From Staphylothermus hellenicus DSM 12710 (lineage in GTDB: Archaea; Thermoproteota; Thermoprotei_A; Sulfolobales; Desulfurococcaceae), in contig NC_014205.1 of assembly GCF_000092465.1 (NCBI RefSeq), forward strand, positions 270,001 through 302,000: a stretch of DNA of 32,000 nt, in the 5' to 3' direction. How positions within the stretch are numbered: the stretch's first letter is position 1; the number at the start of each line of letters is the position of its first letter. The translations under genes and the position numbers were made by a program. This document shows positions 8,552 through 15,353 of this stretch, piece by piece. The notes below the pieces were generated by a model, which made no database searches, was not told where the DNA came from, and was given only the letters and a program-made list of their open reading frames with translations.

Positions 8552-9748
8552 TCATGCCCCATTTAGTCTTTTAAAATGGTATTTTACTGTGTGAATATAT
8601 AGATTGTTTTCCTTCACAAATATTTTATATGGGCTCCAAATAACCCTATTAATTATTGAACCATAGATATTGCCTGATCTATCATTAGCTATACCTAGAT
8701 CGACACCCATAAAATATGCTTTCTCACCTTCCCTTATGATTAGGGGTTTTTGTTTTACAGCATAATAACCATTAATAATTGTCATTTCAAGAAATATCTT
8801 GGGATCAATATCTTTATAGATCGTTTCCAACAATAATGTATCAACCCATACATCGGGATGGAAACAGCCAGCATTATCTGTTCCAACAGCTACTTTGACC
8901 CCATATTTTAATGCTTTATCTATACGAGGCAGTTTCCCGGTAAACCATAAGTTGCTTCTGGGATTCACAACTAATACGATGTCTTCATCTGCTAGGAGCT
9001 TATACTCCCAGTCTTCTAGGTAAACACCATGAACTATATGTGGTGGTTTAACTCTATAATTTAATAAATAATGTAGACTACCATGTTCTTCCATAGTTTT
9101 AGTCTCTGATACATGTGCTGATACTATTTTATCATTGGAGATTTGCGCATATTCGATCACTACCCAGGATGGGAGTTTGAGCGGGTTTGATATGCCTATT
9201 CCATCACAGTTTTTTAGAACATACCCTATTTCTTCCAGATCATATCTTGTTGGACGGGATAAACCAATATATTTTACTCCGTATCCTGATAATTCTTCTC
9301 TGAACTCGTTGCATCTCCAAAAGTGTTCTTGGTAATCAACAACTATACTGTATTGAGCCATGACATATGCTAATTCTTTGGGTAGTATAGGGTTTTTTAT
9401 GAGCTGTATTAATGGATGTTTTACTCCTTTTGATCCAGCATATGTGCTTAGATTATAGCCTATACAATGCTCTGGAACCCTGTAATCGTTTAAATGAGTA
9501 TGGGCATTAACTGGAAGAGGCAGTACAGCTCCTACAGTGTAATCAGCGTCTCTTCTGAAACCATGGTTAATTTCTTTTATAACTCCATTCTCTACAACAA
9601 TATGGCTCTTACCAATATCTTCTAGTTCGTATCCGTAGAGTAAATGATAAGTATTAATAATTAATTGGCTCAGTGCCGGAGACCCCTTCTTCACCTTTCC
9701 GGCTGGACTAGGATTCTTCATCGCCCTACACTCATTGTCTATAATCAA
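8552..9748 (-). CDS. amidohydrolase-superfamily aminohydrolase (COG0402 deaminase/chlorohydrolase-like)
   Basis: HxH metal motif VNAHTHLND, SAHVSETKTMEE (the HxxE...E block of the deaminase subgroup), VNPRSNLWFTGKLP (the cP.SN..lg.G block) and VAVGTDNAG (metal-binding Asp). An alternative start is the Met at 9721. Confidence 0.8.
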   Translation of the reverse strand: MIIDNECRAMKNPSPAGKVKKGSPALSQLIINTYHLLYGYELEDIGKSHIVVENGVIKEINHGFRRDADYTVGAVLPLPVNAHTHLNDYRVPEHCIGYNLSTYAGSKGVKHPLIQLIKNPILPKELAYVMAQYSIVVDYQEHFWRCNEFREELSGYGVKYIGLSRPTRYDLEEIGYVLKNCDGIGISNPLKLPSWVVIEYAQISNDKIVSAHVSETKTMEEHGSLHYLLNYRVKPPHIVHGVYLEDWEYKLLADEDIVLVVNPRSNLWFTGKLPRIDKALKYGVKVAVGTDNAGCFHPDVWVDTLLLETIYKDIDPKIFLEMTIINGYYAVKQKPLIIREGEKAYFMGVDLGIANDRSGNIYGSIINRVIWSPYKIFVKENNLYIHTVKYHFKRLNGA

Positions 9749-9811
9749 CTTATTTATACTTGTAAAGTAATATTTGAGTTTACGAAATATATTAGTGATG
9801 GAGGATAAATC

Positions 9812-10498
9812 TTGGTTAGCTGGCTCGATATTAGAAATGCATTGTTAAATGGTAAGCCCGTATTAATCTTTGATAGTATTGAGAGGGAAGCTGAAACAGA
9901 CATGGTTTTCTATGCTGGAATAATTGATTATAAGAAAATAGCTTATTTGAGGAAATATGCTGGCGGACAAATATGTTTTGTATCGGGCGGATTATTCAGG
10001 GAAGCCCTGGATCTGCCGTTTCTCCAAGACTTAATAATTAAGTATCCAAGCATAAGAGTGCTAGCCACGAGGAAACCAAGATACGGTGACCCCCCTGCCT
10101 TCAATATATGGTTAAACCATATAGCCACGAAAACTGGGATAAGCGATTATGATAAAGCATTAACTATTAAGACATTGTCTGAAATAGCATCATTGATCTA
10201 TAAGGGTTATATGGAGGAAGCTAGAGATAGGTTTCTCAAAGAATTCTATGCTCCAGGCCATGTTCCAGTTCTTACATCGAGAGGATTAGCTAATAGGAGA
10301 GGACATACAGAATTATCTGTTGCTTTATCGTTAATCACAGGTTTAACCCCATCTATGGTTATAGCTGAAATGCTTGATGAAGGGCAGAGTTTATCCTATG
10401 AAGATGCTAAGAGATTCGCAACTAGGAATGGTTTATTCTTTATAGATGGAGTAGACATTGTTGCAGAAGCGGAGAAGAGAGGGTTTTTGAATGATTAA
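9812..10498 (+). CDS. ribB: 3,4-dihydroxy-2-butanone 4-phosphate synthase
   Basis: IFDSIEREAETDMVFYAG, GGQICFV, APGHVPVL and RRGHTELSVAL match the RibB blocks (compare remembered M. jannaschii RibB). TTG start at 9812 with GGAGG at 9799-9803. Confidence 0.9.
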   Translation: MVSWLDIRNALLNGKPVLIFDSIEREAETDMVFYAGIIDYKKIAYLRKYAGGQICFVSGGLFREALDLPFLQDLIIKYPSIRVLATRKPRYGDPPAFNIWLNHIATKTGISDYDKALTIKTLSEIASLIYKGYMEEARDRFLKEFYAPGHVPVLTSRGLANRRGHTELSVALSLITGLTPSMVIAEMLDEGQSLSYEDAKRFATRNGLFFIDGVDIVAEAEKRGFLND

Positions 10499-10961
10499 AA
10501 TAGGTGTGGTTGACACTACTTTTTCTCGAGTTGACATGGCTAAGTACGCGATCGAAGTTATAGAGGAGAATCTTCCAGAAGCAGAAATTATTCGCTACAC
10601 TGTTCCCGGAATAAAAGATATACCTGTAGCTGCTAGGAAGCTGTTAATTGATGAAGGCTGTAATGCTGTATTAACGCTTGGATGGGTGGGTCCTGGACAG
10701 GTTGATAAATATAGTTATTTAGCTATGAGTGTGGGTTTGATAATGCTACAAATTATGACGGGCAAACACGTTATTGATGTAACTGTTCACGAGGACGAAG
10801 CAAGCGATCCAGATGAGCTTTACAACATAGCTGTTGATCGAGCAAGGAAACATGCTTTAAATCTTGTAATGCTAGTTAAATATGGTAGAGAAGCTTTAAC
10901 ACAATATGCTGGCAAGGGCCTTAGACAGGGCAGACCCGATGCGGGCCCGATAAAGGAATAA
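10491..10961 (+). CDS. ribC: archaeal-type riboflavin synthase
   Basis: 156 aa. The N-terminus [16 protein letters not shown] matches the remembered M. jannaschii riboflavin synthase start (VGIVDTTFARVDMA). It overlaps ribB by 8 nt. Confidence 0.85.
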   Translation: MIKIGVVDTTFSRVDMAKYAIEVIEENLPEAEIIRYTVPGIKDIPVAARKLLIDEGCNAVLTLGWVGPGQVDKYSYLAMSVGLIMLQIMTGKHVIDVTVHEDEASDPDELYNIAVDRARKHALNLVMLVKYGREALTQYAGKGLRQGRPDAGPIKE

Positions 10962-10981
10962 ACCTATGTTGGTGGGAGATA

Positions 10982-11434
10982 TTGGCTCGCATAGGAATAG
11001 TTGTATCCGAGTTCAACTATGACATTACTTATTTAATGCTTCAAAAAGCGCTTAGCCACGCTAAATTCTTAGGATTAGAAGTAACATATGTATTCAAAGT
11101 ACCGGGAACATATGAAATTCCATTCGCGGTAGCAAGTCTATTAAAAAGAAATGATGTTGATGGAGTAGTAGCTTTAGGAGCTGTTATCAAGGGTGCTACA
11201 AAACACGATGAACTGGTAGCTGGTCAAACGGCTAGGAAACTAATGGATTTAATGATACAATACGGTAAACCAGTAGGGTTAGGAATAATAGGTCCTGGAG
11301 CAACACGTATGCAGGCTCTGGAGAGAGTGGAAGATTATGCTAGAAGAGCTGTTGAAGCAGTTGCTAAAATGATCAATAGATCTAGAAGTTTGGAAGAAAA
11401 GAAATTCACTAGTGAAACAGTTTTCATAGAATAA
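10982..11434 (+). CDS. ribH: 6,7-dimethyl-8-ribityllumazine synthase
   Basis: [32 protein letters not shown] and GLGIIGPG form the lumazine synthase pattern. TTG start with GGTGGGAG upstream. Confidence 0.9.
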   Translation: MARIGIVVSEFNYDITYLMLQKALSHAKFLGLEVTYVFKVPGTYEIPFAVASLLKRNDVDGVVALGAVIKGATKHDELVAGQTARKLMDLMIQYGKPVGLGIIGPGATRMQALERVEDYARRAVEAVAKMINRSRSLEEKKFTSETVFIE

Positions 11435-11471
11435 TATTCAAGGCTTTCTTAAAATAAGTGGGGTATCATGA

Positions 11472-12179
11472 GTGCCTAGGATCACAGTGATAAGGTTATT
11501 GAAATATCGTAAATGGACAGAAGAATTAGGTTATGATAGAGAATGGATTATACAGAAAAAACAAGCTAGAACATATGATATTCTACAAACACTTTTCTCC
11601 AAGAAAAATGGGTTCGTGGTTCCCCTAAGATATGATCACTACTTAGCTCTTAGCAATGGAATAGATAAGGAGACTCACCAAGAAATACTTACCGAAATAG
11701 ATCCTGTAACGCCTTATGGAGTAAAAATTGTTTCAATCGCTCATAAATATCCTGCAATAGGACAATTAATAGCATCTCGCCTATTAGAGGAGAAGCCAGG
11801 CAAGATCATATATTTAGATGGTGTGGAAGATGAAAATGTAGTTGTACATATTGATTTCAACAGTGTTACCATGTATACTGAGATGACGAGTATTTTTGAA
11901 TCATATATGAGGATCCTTGAACTATATGATATAGTTACAAAATATGTGTTTCAACTTGGCGGTATAACTAGTTATCTTGGCGGGGACAATATGTTGGCTG
12001 TAGTTCCCGAAAATAAATTGGATGAACTACTTGAACTAATACCTTCTTATCTCAAAGCAGGTGTTGGATTATCATATGTGCCGAGAAAAGCACTTCTTCT
12101 AGCCTCAAAAGCATTAACGATTATTAGAAGCGGCAAGGTAGATAAGAGATTTCTTATTCTCCGAGACGAAGACGTATGA
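11472..12179 (+). CDS. arfA: GTP cyclohydrolase III (FAPy-forming, archaeal riboflavin/F420 route)
   Basis: ITVIRLLKYRKWTE..., LALSNGIDKETHQEI, HIDFNSVT and YLGGDNMLAV are colinear with remembered MJ0145 blocks (ITVIQIDNYGPWT, IAITNGIDLITHKRI, HIDINNIT, FIGGDNFMA). GTG start. Confidence 0.85.
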   Translation: MPRITVIRLLKYRKWTEELGYDREWIIQKKQARTYDILQTLFSKKNGFVVPLRYDHYLALSNGIDKETHQEILTEIDPVTPYGVKIVSIAHKYPAIGQLIASRLLEEKPGKIIYLDGVEDENVVVHIDFNSVTMYTEMTSIFESYMRILELYDIVTKYVFQLGGITSYLGGDNMLAVVPENKLDELLELIPSYLKAGVGLSYVPRKALLLASKALTIIRSGKVDKRFLILRDEDV

Positions 12180-13425
12180 ATTCATATAATAATAAAGTTG
12201 CTGAGATGATTGGGCCTAAATAATATATATATGCTAAAGCCTCGGCTTCTCCGCCGCCACTATGTGGTGGGTTGAAGTAGCTTGTTGATAAATTACTTGT
12301 GTTTGTTGAAAACAAGGTATTTGATGCTGTTGATGTGTTTTTGCCTATCGAATACTTTGTCGTTATAGTTGTCGTAGTTGTTGTAGTTGATGTATGGTTT
12401 GGTTTGGTTAAGATACTTAAATATATGGTTTTAAATAATGTAGTGCTTTTACCAGATGGATCTACTGCTGTAATATTTAAGATCAAGGTTTTATTTGTCT
12501 CATTTATTATTCCGGAAGAAGATACATTATATATGGATATCGTAGTAGAACCATTTGTTTTGAAACCTGCTAGATAAATTTTAAATGGTTCTTGTTCTTT
12601 TTCTTTTGGATAATAATATTTTACGTATAGCCTAGTATCTTCCGTATTCACTCCGTCGCATATGTTAATTGTAAGTAGTATTTTATAGAAATATTCATGG
12701 TTTATTTTTCGAATAGAATATGTTGATCTTTCAACACTAACTATTGGATTATGTGTATCAACTATTATTTTCTTTTCCTCGATAATTTCCTGATTAAATC
12801 TTATAGTTATGCTGTGTTTTTCCATCGTGTTAAGTTGTAGAACATAGTTTTGCAACGTATTATTATTGAGGAGGAGATAATGATTATCTATTACGCCATT
12901 GATCAATATTTGTGTTGTTGCTGTATTATTTTCTAAAAGCATAGTTTGATTGTTTCCAAATACATAGAGGAGCTTATATGTAATACTAGCGGGTTCCAAG
13001 TATTCATTGTATATATTAATGCTTGTTTTAAATATTGTATAATTTAATGTTATTGTTATGTTTTCGTTATCAACATTGATTTTTCCACTATATATTTCGC
13101 CGTAGATCCAATAATATACTTTTATATATACAGTTTTAGTGATTGCATTGTATTCCGTGGTTATCGTTGCAACGCCGTCATTATTGGTTTTGCCAGTGTA
13201 TTCATGTGTAGAATAAATAGTTGGCTTAACAATTATTTCGGCATTGGGTAGTGGTTTATTATCTAGTAAACTTAGCTTTATGTGAAGTGTGATCACATCT
13301 TCCATGTTCCAATATAATGCGAAGCTTATAATAGGCGAATTCATAATTATGAGCATAAATATCATTATGACCGATATTAAGTTTTTAAAGATCGATGTTC
13401 TATGATCAGCATTGTTGATCAGCAT
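12154..13425 (-). CDS. predicted surface-anchored glycoprotein (N-terminal TM/signal, Thr-rich stalk, C-terminal TM anchor)
   Basis: Hydrophobic N-terminus (ISVIMIFMLIIMNSPIISFAL), many N-x-S/T sequons, a TSTTTTTTTITT stalk and a C-terminal hydrophobic helix (LAYIYYLGPIISATLLLYEFI) followed by RLRLGE. No family was recognised. Confidence 0.6.
   Translation of the reverse strand: MLINNADHRTSIFKNLISVIMIFMLIIMNSPIISFALYWNMEDVITLHIKLSLLDNKPLPNAEIIVKPTIYSTHEYTGKTNNDGVATITTEYNAITKTVYIKVYYWIYGEIYSGKINVDNENITITLNYTIFKTSINIYNEYLEPASITYKLLYVFGNNQTMLLENNTATTQILINGVIDNHYLLLNNNTLQNYVLQLNTMEKHSITIRFNQEIIEEKKIIVDTHNPIVSVERSTYSIRKINHEYFYKILLTINICDGVNTEDTRLYVKYYYPKEKEQEPFKIYLAGFKTNGSTTISIYNVSSSGIINETNKTLILNITAVDPSGKSTTLFKTIYLSILTKPNHTSTTTTTTTITTKYSIGKNTSTASNTLFSTNTSNLSTSYFNPPHSGGGEAEALAYIYYLGPIISATLLLYEFIRLRLGE
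12355..12390 (-). repeat. low-complexity ACN-codon run encoding the poly-Thr stalk
   Basis: The plus strand reads gtcgttatagttgtcgtagttgttgtagttgatgta. Its reverse translation gives the spurious poly-Val ORF 12299-12577. Confidence 0.8.
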
Positions 13426-13561
13426 ATATCATCACATATATTATTTACTGTACACTTATAAATAACATTTATAGATCTATTGGCGATCTTAGTTGTTCCG
13501 AGAATATAATCATATTAATAAGTATAGGAGTAATAAGGTTTTGATAACATAGTTAATAATA

Positions 13562-13618
13562 ATGATGAATGGTATTACCGGCGACCAATGAGTAGGGATG
13601 AGCGAGCCCCTGATCTGA
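13562..13618 (+). ncRNA. candidate C/D-box sRNA (weak)
   Basis: C box ATGATGA (13562-13568), a 12-nt spacer, degenerate D' GCGA (13581-13584), C'-like GGGATGA (13595-13601), a 13-nt spacer and D box CTGA (13615-13618). It sits just upstream of the cutA SD and start. Confidence 0.3.
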
Positions 13619-14044
13619 TCTCATATGTGAGGTGAGGGGGATCTATCCATGATTAAAGGTGGATGGATCATTGTATTCATTACTGCAAGCGATCCAGGTG
13701 AAGCTGAGAGGATTGCTGAAGGGATTGTTAAGGAAAAACTAGGTGCTTGTGTAAACATCGTGGATAAGATTCATAGTATTTACTGGTGGCAAGGCAAAAT
13801 TGAGAAGGGAGACGAGTCTTTATTGATTATAAAGACTAGGGGTTCAGCCTACGTAGGTTTTGGTAGACCCACATAGGCTTTCATCCCCCATATCTTATCC
13901 CCTTGCCCCCGACTACGGGAGCCCTGCATCAGGATCTAAGGACTCCCCTCATCGAAGACAGGTTCATCTAAAAGGCTCATCCCCCTCGCCTTCTCATCAG
14001 GGTCGATTTTGGAGTTGATTAGTGTGTATAGGGTTCTCCCCAAG

Positions 14045-14167
14045 ATGAGGATGACAATACCGAAGGAAGTAGCTGAGAAAATGGGGTTGAAGGTAGGAGA
14101 TAAGTTAGTAGTGTACTTTGACAACAAGAAGCAGAGGATGGTTGTTGAGAAGTGGAGGAAAGGGTGA
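14045..14167 (+). CDS. SpoVT/AbrB-fold (MazE/VapB-like) DNA-binding mini-protein, 40 aa
   Basis: Manual translation gives MRMTIPKEVAEKMGLKVGDKLVVYFDNKKQRMVVEKWRKG. The IPKEvaeklGLKvGDklvv core is the AbrB looped-hinge pattern. The stop TGA at 14165-14167 overlaps GTG 14164 of the next frame. Confidence 0.7.
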   Translation: MRMTIPKEVAEKMGLKVGDKLVVYFDNKKQRMVVEKWRKG

Positions 14168-15165
14168 CTATTAGAGGGAGGCTGATTCTGAACTCAATTG
14201 TTGATAAGGCATGGTTGCTTCTACTTATGAGAAATTTCAGGGATGCTGTGGAGTATGCACATAATTTATTAAGGAAGAATGTTAGTGAGAATGATATAGT
14301 GAAGCTACTGGCATCGAGAATCCTAAGCAACGCTCACTACTCCTACTCTGCACTGCAGAGAGCAAAGATGTATAGACAACAACCCTATCTTAAACTGAAA
14401 AAACCTCAACTATTCTCTATTGGGAAGAGGAATGAGAAGGGAAATAGAAATATCAGGTTCTTATCAACTGATAGGGTTCAGATAAAAATCCCATCAGCAA
14501 CTGGAAAGCATAGATGGATCACGGCTGGGGTAAGGTTTGGAAGAAAATATATTTCAACCATAAAGAAGTTGATAAACAATTCAATCCCATATGGAGCTGG
14601 AGTCTATATAAACTCTGGTCTTGAGCTACATGTGAATGTCCCATTGGAATTGTATACTGAGAAGCTGAAGGTGGGGAACAAGAATACGAAAAACGATAAA
14701 GGGTATATAGCATCATTCGATTTCAACTCTGACAGGATCTGCATGGTTATAGTTAGTAGAGAAGGCAGGATCCTCGATGTCAAAAACAAACATTTCCCAG
14801 AAGTTACTTCACCTGGCTATTCTGGAAGGAAGGCAAGAGATAAAAGGATGAAAGCACTAGCAGAGCTTGTGGATTATGCATACCACCACAACGTCACCGA
14901 CTATGTTGCAGAGATTTTGAGCAGACCAAAGAAAAAGAGTAGAAGTAAAACGGGTAACAGGAAGTCCTCAAGATGGGCTTTAAGAGAATTCGTAACACAT
15001 CTGAAAACATTAGTCGCAAGATATGGTGGAAAACCGCACTTCATAAACCCTGCCTATACATCTGTAGATGCAATACCGCTTAGCAAACAACTAGGACTCG
15101 ATATTCACACAACATCAGCCTACCTCCTCGCAATAAGATTTATCAAAGGCTATGAAGAATTATAA
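14152..15165 (+). CDS. compact TnpB-like RuvC-fold protein lacking the zinc-finger cluster
   Basis: FDFNSDRICMVIV (RuvC-I-like Asp), DYVAEILSR (RuvC-II-like Glu), NRKSSRWALREFVTHLKTLVARYGGKPHFINPAYTS (TnpB W..f..l...G..v..v.P.YTS block) and GLDIHTTSAYLLAIR (RuvC-III-like Asp). There are no Cys or His pairs between YTS and RuvC-III. The start is either GTG 14152 or GTG 14164. Confidence 0.72.
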   Translation: MEERVTIRGRLILNSIVDKAWLLLLMRNFRDAVEYAHNLLRKNVSENDIVKLLASRILSNAHYSYSALQRAKMYRQQPYLKLKKPQLFSIGKRNEKGNRNIRFLSTDRVQIKIPSATGKHRWITAGVRFGRKYISTIKKLINNSIPYGAGVYINSGLELHVNVPLELYTEKLKVGNKNTKNDKGYIASFDFNSDRICMVIVSREGRILDVKNKHFPEVTSPGYSGRKARDKRMKALAELVDYAYHHNVTDYVAEILSRPKKKSRSKTGNRKSSRWALREFVTHLKTLVARYGGKPHFINPAYTSVDAIPLSKQLGLDIHTTSAYLLAIRFIKGYEEL

Positions 15166-15170
15166 ATACT

Positions 15171-15195
15171 TACCAAACTTGTTACAGTTTCGGTA
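15171..15195 (+). other. subterminal hairpin at the right end of the insertion
   Basis: TACCAAACT (15171-15179), loop TGTTAC, then AGTTTCGGTA (15186-15195). This is a 9-bp stem with one bulged C, 2 nt from the element boundary, like the subterminal hairpins of IS200/IS605 ends. Confidence 0.55.
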
Positions 15196-15353
15196 GGCTT
15201 GATAAGTTCAGTAAACTTGTTGAATATGTTAGGGAAAAACATAGTTATGAAGTGCCAGAAATAGTTGCTGTCCCATTAATTATTGGTTTTGCAAAATACT
15301 TGGATTGGCTAGATGAAGTAGTAAATAGTTCAAAATAGGTTTTAATTTCCTAT

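Larger units (their letters stand above)
13841..15197 (+). mobile_element. IS200/IS605-like (IS1341-type, tnpA-less) insertion carrying an AbrB-fold mini-ORF and a compact TnpB-like gene
   Basis: The boundaries are fixed by the cutA reading frame. TAGG is present at the left flank (13837-13840) and as the last 4 nt (15194-15197). There is a subterminal hairpin at the right end and I saw no terminal inverted repeats. The internal genes are listed separately. Confidence 0.75.
13649..15338 (+). pseudogene. cutA: cutA (divalent-cation tolerance protein CutA1) interrupted by a 1357-bp insertion
   Basis: Codons 1-64 (13649-13840, ...SIYWWQGKIEKGDESLLIIKTR) are CutA-like. The frame then runs into 11 unrelated codons and a stop. 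The rest of CutA (LDKFSKLVEYVREKHSYEVPEIVAVPLIIGFAKYLDWLDEVVNSSK*) is encoded at 15198-15338. Joining 13840 to 15198 is in frame and gives 110 aa, with the normal 14-residue spacing between KTR and H(S/P)Y. Confidence 0.88.

Noticed and set aside
9749-9811. Possible FMN riboswitch upstream of ribB
   Set aside because: The spacer is only 63 nt, AT-rich and shows no conserved FMN-element helices. FMN riboswitches are bacterial features.
12299-12577. 92-aa plus-strand ORF with a poly-Val run
   Set aside because: It is the reverse-strand reading of the poly-Thr codon repeat in the surface-protein gene.
13837-13858. tRNA T-arm-like GGTTCA at the insertion junction (TAGG-ggttcag-CCTA), hinting at a tRNA-gene integration site
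   Set aside because: There is no acceptor, D or anticodon arm around it. The flank is cutA coding sequence, so this is more simply part of the element's left-end hairpin/palindrome.
13649-13876. 75-aa ORF in the track, looking like a small complete gene
   Set aside because: It is the N-terminal 64 codons of cutA reading into 11 codons of the inserted element before a stop. The rest of cutA is at 15198-15338, so it is annotated as a pseudogene rather than an intact CDS.
13936-14330. Minus-strand ORFs 13936-14127 (63 aa) and 14019-14330 (103 aa)
   Set aside because: They are antisense to the AbrB-fold ORF and to the 5' end of the TnpB-like gene, have low-complexity Ser/Leu-rich translations and show no motifs.
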